A DNA stretch of 64,000 nt from Octopus vulgaris (taxonomy: Eukaryota), in assembly GCA_951406725.2 (NCBI GenBank), contig OX597833.1, positions 47,926,001-47,990,000 on the forward strand, in the 5' to 3' direction. Both the position numbers and the translations under genes were made by a program. Positions 1 through 12,174 of this stretch are shown here, piece by piece; the stretch's first letter is position 1; every line of letters begins with the position of its first letter. Under the pieces are notes generated by a model. It was not told where the DNA came from, did no database searches, and was given only the letters and a program-made list of their open reading frames with translations.

Positions 1-167
1 CAGTAGGTGCAGGAGTGGCTATGGGATAAGAAGTTTGCTTCCCAACCACATGGTTCCAGGTTCAGTCCCAGTGCATGGCACCTTGGGCAAGTGTCCTCTA
101 CTGTAGCCTCTGGCTGACCAAAGCCTTGTGAGTGGATTTGGTTGACGGAAACTGAAAGAATCCTGTC

Positions 168-233
<66 letters not shown>

Positions 234-1518
234 TTATTTATAATAAGTGTAGGTGGTATACAAGTGGGTATATATTTATAAAAAAGAAGTTTGAAGCCAC
301 TATATAAGATAAATTTTAATTTTCTTAGAAATTTTACATGTTTCGGTTCTTCTTGAAAAAACGAACCTTATCAAAAATATTTTTAAAAGTTAAGTGTTAT
401 AAAAAAGTTCATGATTGTTTCTTACTAGTCTCAACTGAGTCCACGTGGTGGTTTTTTTGTGAGGGGGAGCATAATAGCTATCTTGTGTGTTGACTAGATT
501 CGTTGGCTGAAGCTGGGGAAATGACCAGTGGTCGAAATAGCAGTGACTGTTGGTAGTTATATATATATGTATACATTTGTGTGTGTCTTTGTGTCTCTCC
601 CACCACTTGACAAAAGGTGTTGGTGTGTTTATGTTCCCATAACTTAGTGGTTTAGCAAAAAAGACCAATAGAATAAGTACCGGATTTAAAAGTAAAAAGT
701 ACTGGGGTTGATTCATTCAACTAAGATTCTTCAAGGCGGTGCCCCAGCATGGCCACAATCTAATGACTGAAACAAGTAAAAGAATGAAAGAATATAGGCA
801 CAAGCATGGCTGTATGGTTAAGAAGCTTTCTTTGCAGTGATATGATCTTGGATTCAGTCCCAATTTGCTGCACTTTGAGCATCCACATCTGCACCTTGTG
901 TGTGTTTCATCTAATGCATCTTCATATGTACATTTGGTTTTTGAAGTTCCTATTTCTTTACTATCCACAAGGGGCTAAACACAGAGGGGACAAACGGAGA
1001 CAAACGCAAATGTATACATATATATATATATATACAACAGGCTTCTTTCAGTTTCCGTCAACCAAATCCACTCACAAGGCTTTGTTCAGCCAGAGGCAAC
1101 AGTGGAAGACACTTGCCCAAGGTGCCATGCACTGGGACTGAACCTGGAACCATGTGGTTGGGAAGCAAACTTCTTATCACACGGCCACTCCTGCACCTAC
1201 TGATGGAGTTTTAAAAGCAAAATGTACACATGCAGATGCATTACATCGACTCCAGTGTGTAACTGGTACTTATTTAATCGATCCCAAAAGGATGAAAGGC
1301 AAAGTCGACCTTGGTGGAATTTGAACTCAGAACGCAGCAGCAGACAAAATACCGCTAAGCATTTCGCCTGGCATGCTAACAGTTCTGCCAGCTCGCCACC
1401 TTATTGGTTTTTGAAGTTCCAATAGTATGTGTGTATGTGTGTAAAAAAGTGAAGGAAATATATTTAGTTTTTATGAACCAATAACTATATTATTGTTTTT
1501 TTTTTTGTTTTTTTTTAG

Positions 1519-1661
1519 CCAATGAAGACTCGGTGGAGTATGGTCAAGACAATACTGTGATACTTGATCAACAACAGTATAATGATCTCTTAAAGGAATA
1601 TGATGACCTAGCAGACACAATGAAAGAAACAAAATCTGATCTTCTGAAATTGCAAAATTTG
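1519..1661 (+). CDS. DIXDC1: DIXDC1/Dixin internal coding exon (coiled coil; NEDSVEYGQD...TKSDLLKLQNL); earlier exons lie upstream of the window
   Basis: Poly-T tract + AG acceptor at 1517-1518, GT donor at 1662. Open frame splices in phase to the next exon, giving LQNL|LLNG like vertebrate DIXDC1 LQALLLNG. Confidence 0.85.
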
Positions 1662-3571
1662 GTAGTTATTTCTTGTATTTGAAACATGTTTACCTTTACC
1701 GTTTAACATTTGGATGATTCACACCATTCGAGCATGATTGTTACCAACGTTGCCTTACTGGCACCTGTGCTGGTGGCATGTGTAAAAGGATTCGAGCAAG
1801 GTCGTTGCCAGTACTGCCTTACTGGCCCCCGTGCCGGTGGCACGTAAAAAGCACCCACTACACTCTCAGAGTGGTTGGCGTTAGGAAGGGCATCCAGCTG
1901 TAGAAACTCTGCCAAATCAAGATTGGAGCCTGGTGCAGCTATCTGGTTCGCCAGCCCTCAGTCAAAATTGTCCAACCCATGCTAGCATGGAAAGCAGACG
2001 TTAAACGATGATGATGATTTATTCATGTTGTTTTGCATTAATCATGCATTATCTGTTAGTTTTGAGATTTCAATGATGTGTATGTTTATCTTTAGAATGA
2101 CATTGTAGAATAGTTGTAAGAGGTTAGATCTGGTTGGTTTGAACATTAAACAGAAGGAATATTTGGGTTGGATATAGCCAGTTTAAATGCTAAAGGGTTA
2201 ATAAATTATTCACACAGTGGCACGTAAGAGAACCATCCGAACGTCGCCATTACCAGTGCTGCCCTGACTGGCCTCCATGCCAGTGGCACTTAAAAAGCAC
2301 CAGCCCCGCCTGGCCTCCGTGCCGGTGGCACGTAAAAGGCACCATCCGATCGTGGCCGTTGCCAGCCTCATCTGGCACGTAAAAAGCACCCACTACACTC
2401 ACGGAGTGGTTGGCGTTAGGAAGGGCATCCAGCTGTAGAAACACTGCCAGATCAGACTGGGCCTGGTGCAGCCTTCTGGCTTCCCAGACCCCCAGTTGAA
2501 CCGTCCAACCCATGCTAGCATGGAAAGCGGACGTTAAATGATGATGATGATGATGTGTATATCAGAGTGTAGATGAACGATCTTCTTACTGAGTCTATCT
2601 TCTAGGTTCTGTGACAAGTCATACCTGTTTCAGTTACCCTAATGATCTTGAGAAGGGCTGATCATCACATACATAACCCTTTGAATTCTGACCTGACTAA
2701 CAGCAATCATACTAAAGTATTTATATTTGAAAATGAAATCTTGAACAAAATTTCATTAAAAACGTGAATGATAGCACAAGATCCCAATTACCAATCTATA
2801 GAATTATAGATATTTTAATGAACCTCGCTCAAAACCTCGTTTATACTGAAAATAAGTGCAGCACACATAGATGTCTACTTATTAAAAAAGTATAGACATG
2901 AAAATGCTTGATAACAAAATTTTATTTTTCGTTTGGTCTTTGGTGTTATTTCCTATTTGCTTCTATCTAGAAATCAAAGGAAATGATTACTATTTTCTTC
3001 AACCTTTGCATTTGTAATCTGGGCATCAATGTTTTGAAACTGACCTATGTTCCATTACATTTCTGACAGATTCATCACTGAATTGCTGAAGCAGAAATAT
3101 CGTTATAGCAAATATTCTACTCAATACCACGGATTTGTTTATCAATTGCTTGACCATAACCATTTGAGCATGTCCCTTAGTGGTTGCCAAGATGTGCATC
3201 TCTGATCATGAGAAGTAGTAGTGGGGGAGCATTATATATTTCTTTACTACCCACAAGAGGCTAAACATAGAGGGGACAAACAAGGACAGTCAAAGGGATT
3301 AAGTCGATTACATCGACCCAGTGTGAAACTGGTACTTTATTTATCGACCTCGGGTGGAGGAGCATCATAGCCATGTGTTGAGAGGGATTCTTTAGGGTTT
3401 GAATAAATGTAACAAAAGCAAAGTTTGAAGGAAATATTAACCATTTTTCATACTTTCTAGGGATAAGCAAATAAGAAATAACAGTTACTACTCAGGGACA
3501 AAATTCACGTTACACAGTGTTATAATTAATGCAAAAGCATAACCTTGCTGTTTGTATTTTATCTTTTATAG

Positions 3572-3652
3572 CTTTTGAACGGAGAAATAACAAGTCTTGT
3601 ACCCTCTTCAGAGCTGGATGATCTTGAAGGATATTCAATTTCTGACCAAATG
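3572..3652 (+). CDS. DIXDC1: DIXDC1 coding exon (LLNGEITSLVPSSELDDLEGYSISDQM)
   Basis: tttatag acceptor, gtaaaa donor, 81 nt, phase 0-0; LLNG motif. Confidence 0.85.
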
Positions 3653-4160
3653 GTAAAAACTACTTTTTATTACTGTTTTTTTTTTTTTAAATCCTACTAA
3701 TTTGTTAATTACAGTTGTAATAATTCTGTCCTTATTTTTTTTTCAACTGTATAATTATTATTTTGAATTTTGTTTCTTTCGTCAACTGTCTATATTTTGT
3801 GTGCTTATGAAGTATATATATTTACTTCACCCATTTAAAAAAAAATCTGATATCTATTAAACTCCATTACTGTGTAATAATTAGCAGAGTTTCAGATACT
3901 TTTTGAGTTCTAAACAACAGTTACAAATTAATAAAGACATTTCATTAATCATTATACATGAAGTATAAATTCTATATGTATAGCACTATACAATGCATAA
4001 TGGTATGGCTGTAGTTAATAATTTTGCTTTGCAACCATGTAGTTCTGGGTTTAATTCCACTGTGTGGAATCTTAGATGAGTGGATTCTACCATAACCTTG
4101 GTTTGGCCTATCTCTTGTGGATGAAATTTGGTAAACAAAAACTGTGCTGGAGCCTGTTGT

Positions 4161-4161
4161 T

Positions 4162-4192
<31 letters not shown>

Positions 4193-4575
4193 ATATGTAT
4201 ATGTGTATATGTATATGTGTATATGTATATGTGTATATGTATATGTGTATATGTATATGTATATATGTATATGTGTATATGTATATATATATATGTATAT
4301 GTATATATGTATATATATATATGTATATATATATGTATATATGTATATGTATATATGTATATGTATATATATATATATGTATATATGTATATATATATAT
4401 ATGTATATGTATATATGTATATATATATATGTATATGTATATGTATATATGTATATGTATATATGTATATATATATGTATATATATGTATATATATATAT
4501 GTATATATATATGTATATATATATATGTGTATATATGTATGTATATATATATGTATGTATATATATATATGTATG

Positions 4576-4606
<31 letters not shown>

Positions 4607-4758
4607 GTATATATATATGTATGTATATATATGTATCATCATGTATGTGTATATATTATGTATATATATATATGTATATATATGGGTTGGATGGTTCATG
4701 GGGTCTGGCAAGTATATATATATGTATATATATGTAGTAGATATATATGTGTTTATAT
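4161..4758. repeat. Compound (TA)n/(TATG)n microsatellite
   Basis: Direct inspection; source of spurious YI/MC ORFs. Confidence 0.95.
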
Positions 4759-6789
4759 ATCATCATCATGCGTTCCTAACGTCCGCTTTCCATGCTAGCA
4801 TGGGTGGATTTTAACTGTGGTCCAAGCCCGACTGCACCAGGCCAGTCAGATCTGGCAGTGTTTCTACAGCTGGATGCCCTTCCTAACGCCAACCACTCCG
4901 GATGCAGTGGGTGATTTTATGTGCCACCGACACAGGTGCCAGACGAGGCTGGCTGACGGCCACGCTCGGATGGTGTTTTCTTATGTGTCACCGACACAGG
5001 TGCCAGACGAGGCTGGCGGACGGCCAGGCTCGGATGGTGTTTGTTACGTGCCCTCAGCACGGAGGCCAGTCGTTGCGGTACTGGCTACAGTCACGTTCGG
5101 ATGGTTTTCTTATGTGCCACCGGCACTGGTCCACAAGGATACAAATTCCATTGATGTTCATCTATTTTGATTTGGTTCGATTTGATTTGATTTGATTCGA
5201 TTCTCACTTGCCTCAACAGGTCTTCACAAGTGTCACAAGAAGGAAGGTATGCACAGGTGGACTGACTACGTCCCAGGTAGGGGCCACGGATTATGGCTTC
5301 ACTAGTCTTGCCGGGTCTTCTCACGCACAGCATACTTCCATAGGTCTCGGTCTCTAGTCATTTCCATGGTGAGACCTAACGTCCGAAGGTCGTGCTTCAC
5401 CACCTCGTCCCAGGTTTTCCTGGGTCTACCTCTTCCATGGGTTCCCTCAACTGCTAGGGATTGGCACTTTCTCACACACCTATCTTCATCCATTCTCGCC
5501 ACATGACCATACCAGCGCAATCGTCTTTCTTGCACACCACAACTGATGCTTCTTAGGTACAACATTTCTCTCAAGGTACTAACGCTCTGTCGAGTAAGTA
5601 CACTGACATTACACATCCATCGGAGCATACTGGCTTCATTCCTCACGAGCTTACGCATGTCCTCAGCAGTCACGGCCCATGTTTCACTGCCATGTAGCAT
5701 AGCTGTTCATACACATGCATCATACAGTCTGCCTTTTACTCTGAGCGAGAGGCCTTTAGTCACCAGCAGAGGTAAGAGCTCCCTAAACTTTGCCCAGGCT
5801 ATTCTTATTCTAGCAGTTACACTTTCAGCACACCCACCCCCACTACTGACTTGGTCACCTAGATAGTGGAAGCTATCAACTACTTCTAGTTTTTCCCCCC
5901 GGAAAGTGACGGAAGTTGTTTTCTGCAGATTTTCGGAGGTCAATGCTCCAGAGCATCTGCCACATACAAAAACTATCTTCCCAGTTAGCCTACCTTTGAC
6001 ATTGCTGCACCTCTTATGTGTCCATAGCTTACACTGGGTACATCTTATAGAGTTTCTACCTACACCTTTTCTACAGATCGAGCAGGGCCATCTTCCTGAG
6101 GATATTTGTGGATTGTCTACCTTTCTACTTATTAGTACTTTGGTTTTAGCTAGGTTGACTCTAAGGCCCCTCGATTCTAAACCCTCCTTCCACACCTGGA
6201 ACTTCTCCTCCAGTTCTGATAGTGACTCAGCAATTAGAGCGAGGTCGTCAGCATAGAGGAGCTCCCAGGGGCAACCTGTCTTGAATTCCTCCACAATTGC
6301 CTGGAGGACTATGATAAATAGGAGGGGGCTGAGTACTGAACCCTGGTGGACCCCAACCTCTACTTTGAATTCTTCTGTGTATGTGTTGCCAACTCTAACC
6401 TTACTTACGGCATCTCTGTACATGGCTTGCACAGCCCTCACCAGCCATTCATCTATCCCTAGTTTCCTCATTGACCACCAGATGAGGGATTGGGGGACCC
6501 TATCAAAGGCTTTCTCCATGTCAACGAAAGCCAGGTACAGGGGCTTATCTTTGGCTAGGTATTTCTCCTGCAGCTGCCTTACCAGGAATATAGCATCAGT
6601 GGTGCTTTTCCCTGGGACAAACCCAAACTGCATCTCATCTAAACTAACTCTCTCTCTAATTAGTTGGGCTATGACTCTCTCCGTAACCTTCATTACCTGA
6701 TCCAACAGCTTGATACCTCTGTAATTATTTGTATCTAGGGCATCACCTTTACCTTTGTAGCAGTTGACTAGTATGCTGCTACACCAGTA
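4759..6789 (-). mobile_element. 5'-truncated RTE-clade LINE: RT domain, C-terminus and 3' UTR with (GAT)n tail
   Basis: ORFs 5707..6705 (QFGF, FVDMEKAFD, GVHQGSVLSPLLF, LYADD) and 5302..5700 (LRWYGHVARM, RGRPRKTW) are in the same frame, separated by one TGA. Confidence 0.93.
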
Positions 6790-6856
6790 TATATATATGT
6801 ATGTATATATGTATGTATGTATATATATATATATATATGAATATCGTGGTATTTCG

Positions 6857-7087
6857 GTGAGCTGGCAGAATCGTTAGCATGCCGGGCGAAATGCTTAGCA
6901 GTATTTCATCTGCCATTACGTTCTGAGTTCAAATTCCGCCAAGGTCGACTTTACCTTTCATCCTTTCGGGGTCGATAAATTAAGTACCAGTTACGCACTG
7001 GGGTCGATGTAATCGACTTAATACCTATGTCTATCCTTGTTTGTCCTCTCTGTGTGTAGCCCCTTGTGGGTAATAAAGAAATAGGTA
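6857..7087 (+). mobile_element. SINE family 2
   Basis: ggtgagctggcagaa head, gagttcaaattcc B box, core gtcgactttacctttcatcctttcggggtcgataaa, tail gccccttgtgggtaataaagaaatagg. Other copies at 22203-22432(-), 45536-45767(-), 48325-48550(-), 19190-19410(+), 29180-29400(+), 32278-32490(+). Confidence 0.8.
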
Positions 7088-7601
7088 TTTATTCCTTGCA
7101 AGTTATGTCCCTTTAGACTAAGAAGTAAATTGGAATAAAACCCAAAAAGACAAATAACTGAAACCAGTGAAAGTATATAATATGAATACTATACACTAAA
7201 CAATAATGTACTAACCCATTCATTGCCATACATGAGGTGCTCAACATTATACATAGAGTACTATATGGCAATATTATGTGCAAGATGCTATACCCCGAAA
7301 GGATGAAAGGTAAAGTCATCCTCGGCAGATTTTGAACTTAGAATGTAAAGATGGATGAAATGCTGCCGTGCATTTTTCTGGGTCTGCTAATGATTCTGCC
7401 TGCTTGCTACAAAGGGGTGCTGAAAAGTCCCTGGCTTTAAGGTATCGTGAACGGTCTGGTTGGAGACCCAACCTTCCAATTTTTTTTACAGGGCTTAGAA
7501 AAACTGAAGGGCCACTGCAATAAGTGTGTGAATCTGAGAGGGGAAGATGTTGAATAAAATCATAATTAACTGATCTTCCTGTATTTTCTTTTAACCAGCA
7601 A

Positions 7602-8000
7602 GGCGTAGGAGTGGTTGTGTGGTAAGTAGCTTGCTTACCAACCACATGGTTTCGGGTTCAGTCCCACTGCGTGGCACCTTGGGTAAATGTCTTCTACTAT
7701 AGCCTCAGGCCGACCAAAGCCTTGTGAGTGGATTTGGTAGACGGAAACTGAAAGAAGCCCGTCGTATATATGTATATATATATGTATGTGTGTGTGTGTG
7801 TGTTTGTCCCCCAACATCGCTTGACAACCGATGCTGGTGTGTTTACGTCCCCGTAACTTAGCGGTTCAGCAAAAGAGATCGATAGAATAAGTACCAGGCT
7901 TACAAAGAATAAGTCCTGGGGTCGATTTGCTCGACTAAAAGGTGGTGCTCCAGCATGGCCACAGTCAAATGACTGAAACAAGTAAAAGAGTAAAGAGTAA
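7602..8000 (+). mobile_element. tRNA-derived SINE family 1, full length
   Basis: A box tggttgtgtgg, B box ggttcagtccc, central (TA)n(TG)n, tail gactgaaacaagtaaaagag; many copies in the window. Confidence 0.85.
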
Positions 8001-8100
8001 GAGTATCCCCTTGTATATAATTACCAATTATTGTAGCTGCTTAAAACCAAGTTATTTTCCTAACGAATTGATTTGTTGAATTGTAAATTCTCTTTTGCAG

Positions 8101-8205
8101 GTTGTCCTTCGTAGTAGACTTCAGCAAGCAACAGAAATATCTCATGACTTAAAAGAACAGTTATCTCGAACAAAAATTGAATGTCGAGAGCTTTACGGTG
8201 CTAAG
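8101..8205 (+). CDS. DIXDC1: DIXDC1 coding exon (VVLRSRLQQATEISHDLKEQLSRTKIECRELYGAK)
   Basis: ttttgcag acceptor, gtatag donor, 105 nt; resembles IIQSRLDQS..DLKKEL..KQEARNLQGIK of vertebrate DIXDC1 (from memory). Confidence 0.9.
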
Positions 8206-8283
8206 GTATAGTTACAAAAATTTTTTTTTATTACTTGCAACTTATATCTAATATACTTGCTTGAATTTGTGTGTGTATTGTAT

Positions 8284-8592
8284 ACTAGCAGTATCGCCCA
8301 GTGTTGCTCGGGTTTGTTTCAACCCTTTAGAATTGGAATTTTTGAAAAGTAAAAATTTAGCATTATGTAGCTTGTTATTCTCTTTAAGTGAACATTTTTC
8401 TGGTTGAAATACACCGAAAAATGGCATCACAGCAGTCAAAAAATTGTAAAAAATGGGGTTTTTCATTGAAACAAAAGCACCTTTTTGATGTAAATAAGTT
8501 TTGGTCTTAACATGGTCCGATTTCAATTTTATCTTCTACGGAATGAAGAGCAAGCCTTTTTCTATCATACTCTCAATTTTGGTCAACTTGCG
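8284..8592 (-). mobile_element. Helitron-like element (partial)
   Basis: Same family as 24058-24442. Confidence 0.65.
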
Positions 8593-9344
8593 GAGGAGGA
8601 GGAGGAATATCAAAATGTACTTAGTAATGAATTCATATATTAAGTACAAACATGGCTGTATAGTTAAAAAGTTAGCTTTGTAATGATGTGGTTTTGTGTT
8701 CAGTCCAGCTGTGTGGTACCTTGTTCAAGTGTCTCCTGCATGGCTGCTGTCAAATGATGGAAACAAGTAAAAGAATATGCATTTATTTGGGAGAGAAGAC
8801 ATGAATATTCCTGACACCTATATTGACTTGTGGAGGCATATGGCTTAGTGGTTCAGGTGGTGGACTTGTGATTGTAAGATTGTGGTTTTGATTATTGGAC
8901 TGGGTGATGTATTGTGTTCTTGAGCAAGACACTTCATTTCATGTTGCTCCAGTCCATTCAGCTGGTAAAAATGAGTAATCCTACAACAGACAAGCATCCC
9001 ACCTGGTAAACAGTATACACACCAGAGAGTAAATGAGGAATAACCTATATTTTTTTATAGAATATGGAATGAGTATGGAATTTTTTTTATGAATATGTTA
9101 TAGAACCTGCAGTCAAAACTTAGGAAAGGAAATGATAATTGTGAAGATGTAGCATTCATTCTTTTCTGAAAAAAAAAAAAATATATATATATATTAGAGA
9201 TGTAAATGAAAGTGTTATTGCAAATGAGAAGCTTTTTTTTTTGGTTCAAAGTCAAAAAATTGAATTCAATGTTATTTAGTTTTTTTTTTTTTGTATGTAA
9301 TTCAAATAAAGATATTCAAAGTAATGTTTTTTGTTTCATTGCAG

Positions 9345-9449
9345 GCTGGTTTACAACAGCGTTTAGCTGAACAAGAAGTCACCCTAGCAAATTCTAAAGC
9401 TGAATTATACCGCCGAGGTTTAGACTTTCAAAGTTTGGAATCAGAAAAG
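9345..9449 (+). CDS. DIXDC1: DIXDC1 coding exon (AGLQQRLAEQEVTLANSKAELYRRGLDFQSLESEK)
   Basis: ttgcag acceptor, gtacca donor, 105 nt; LQQRL motif; lies inside ORF 9291..9548. Confidence 0.9.
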
Positions 9450-10459
9450 GTACCATATATATATTTATATATTTATATATATATATATGTATGTATGTAT
9501 TTATACACACACATAAATTTTAATGTCATCTCTGTAGATTTTCAGTAGAATTTAGAGCCAACACTGTAAGTTATGATGTTTTGTTAACAAATACTTCTAT
9601 ATAAACAATGTGATTGACGGTAATGATTGTATATGCATATTTTAGAGATTATTGTCCTTTCATCAGCTCCTCATCCAACCTCCTCAAACACATTGTATAA
9701 ATATCCACTAGTTCTAGCAGTGTAATATAACTGGATAGAGCAATTTGCATATTAAACACAATCCTGGCAACTGGTACATATATTTAATTGCTGGCAGGGC
9801 AACAGTACTTTGTTTTATCATAATACACTACTAAGTATATTATAGGTTTATTAAGTCAATACTGTGTCCCATATATATATATATATATAAATCTTATCTA
9901 AGAATTTATATATATATATACATATATAAAATCTTATCTAAGAATTCTCCCAGTTCTTTTTCTGTTTATAGAGAACATTAGAATGTTGATACACATTAAT
10001 TGTAATTTCTCAATTAAAAGGGTTCCCAATAAAATAACTGTAGACATGTATACATTATGCATATTTTAGATATGATATAAACCGTGTTCAATATAAATAT
10101 GTACTCATTAGCTAAATATGTATCTGGTTAATGTATAATATGCGTATCAGGAGAAACCATTTATGCTGCTTCTGGTTTAGCTACTGCTGTCTATAACTAT
10201 TTAAAGTACTTTTCCTTTATAAGTGAAAAAAAATAAAGGATGCACTTACTATGGAGAGGCGTCAATAATCTCTGAAACAGACTCAAAAAAATTCCTGGTT
10301 ATTTTTCTCTCTGCTTCGGAAAATATTAGGATGTTTATACATTGATTGTAATTTCACAGCTAAAAAGCTTTTAAAACAAATTAACTATAGATATTTTTTA
10401 CATCATACAGATTTTAAATATGATTTAAGCTGTATTTGGCATAAATATATAAGACCCAT

Positions 10460-10847
10460 GGGCAGGAGTGGCTGTGTGGTAAGTAGCTTGCTAACCAACC
10501 ACATGGTTCCGTGTTTAGTCCCACTGCGTGGCATCTTGGGCAAATGTCTTCTGCTATAGCCCCAGACCGACCAATGCCTTGTGAGTGGATTTGGTAGACG
10601 GAAACTGAAAGAAGCCTGTCGTATATATGTATATATATATGTGTGTGTGTTTGTCCCCCTAGCATTGCTTGACAACCGATGCTGGTGTGTTTACGTCCCC
10701 GTCACTTAGCGGTTTGGCAAAAGAGACCGATAGTATAAGTACTGGGCTTACAAAGAATAAGTCCCGGAGTTGATTTGCTCGACTAAAGGCGGTGCTCCAG
10801 CATGGCCGCTGTCAAATGACTGAAACAAGTAAAAAAGAGTAAAAGAG
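10460..10847 (+). mobile_element. SINE family 1
   Basis: Near-identical to 7602-8000. Confidence 0.85.
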
Positions 10848-11271
10848 AAAAGAGAGAGAGTGTTTAATAATATTCTACCTGCTATTAATTATAGCTTTAT
10901 CTACTTCAAGTCCTACTCTTGTAGTTGGCGCTACACTCTCAGAGTGGTTGGCGTTAGGAAGGGCATCCAGCTGTAGAAACTCTGCCAGATCAGATTGGAG
11001 TCTGGTGCAGCCATCTGGCTCGCCAGACCTCAGTCAAATCGTCCAATCCATGCTAGCATGGAAAGCGGATGTTAAACGCCACCGATTTAAACAGTGGGAA
11101 CACAGCTTAAATCATAATATTTAAAATATTTATAAAATAGTAATATCTACAGTTATTTAGCGTGTGTGGCCCTTGGCCTTGCAAGTTCCTGCACCAGCAT
11201 TGAAAACAAACATTAAATGATGGTGATGACGATTTTTCAGTAATTTGTGTGTGGTTTTTCTCTTCCAACAG

Positions 11272-11325
11272 AATATGCTGGTTAAAAAACTGAGTGAAAA
11301 AGACAAACAACTGACTGAATTAAAG
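11272..11325 (+). CDS. DIXDC1: DIXDC1 coding exon (NMLVKKLSEKDKQLTELK)
   Basis: ttccaacag acceptor, gtgaga donor, 54 nt, phase 0-0. Confidence 0.88.
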
Positions 11326-11441
11326 GTGAGAATACAAATACATTTCACATTTGATGTCTTCTGTTTTTTTGTTTTTGTTCTTTTTGTAACACTTAAGAAG
11401 TTTGAACCTGTACATGAAATTATAATTTGATCTGTCAACAG

Positions 11442-11588
11442 AGAGATGTCAGCCAGAAAGATAAAGTCATTGAAGATCTGCAGTTTCAAATGAATCCTGA
11501 ACTATTAGAAGAAAAAGATGTGATGAGACGTAACTGCTGGCTTCACATTAGATGTCTTCAAAAACTTCAATCTATGCGAAGAACAGAG
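11442..11588 (+). CDS. DIXDC1: DIXDC1 coding exon (RDVSQKDKVIEDLQFQ...LQSMRRTE)
   Basis: caacag acceptor, gtaact donor, 147 nt, phase 0-0; QKD motif; lies inside ORF 11427..11702. Confidence 0.8.
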
Positions 11589-11779
11589 GTAACTTTTGAT
11601 CACTTAACATCTAATCACTTCAAAAGGTTAGCTCGTATTTTATCTTTTATCTTCTACTTGTATCAGCCATTAGACTGTGGCCATTCTGGGGTACCACTTT
11701 GAAGAATTTTTAGTTGAATGAATCAACCTCAGTATTTGTGGGGTTTTTTTTTTTAAGTGTGATTTTTATTCCCTCTTTT

Positions 11780-12174
11780 AATTGTTTCAGTCATGTGACT
11801 GTGGCCATGCTGGAGCACTGCCTTTAGTTGAGCAAATTGACCCCAGGACTTATTCTTTGTAAGCCTAGTACTTATTTTATCGATCTCTTATGCCGAACCG
11901 CTAAGTTACGGAGACGTAAACACACCACCATTGGTTGTCAAGCAATGTTGGGGGCAGGGACAAACACTGACACACAAACATATACACACACATACATATA
12001 TATATACATATACGACAGGCTCCTTTCAGTTTCCGTCTACCAAATCCACTCACAAGGCTTTGGTCGACCCAAGTCTATAGTAGAAGACACTTGCCCAAAG
12101 TGCCACGCAGTGGGACTGAACTCAGAACCATGTGGTTGGTAAGCAAGCTACTTACCACACAGCCACTCCTGCGC
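11780..12174 (-). mobile_element. SINE family 1 (antisense to DIXDC1)
   Basis: Reverse complement of the family consensus. Confidence 0.85.

Noticed and set aside
3986-4814. Long ORFs (197-241 aa) rich in Y/I/M/C/H
   Set aside because: Translations of a TA/TG microsatellite that lacks stop codons; not genes.
5546-6700. Plus-strand ORFs 5546..5866, 5906..6256 and 6281..6700
   Set aside because: Antisense shadows of the RTE ORF; likewise the plus-strand ORFs at 46910-48156 shadow Vang.
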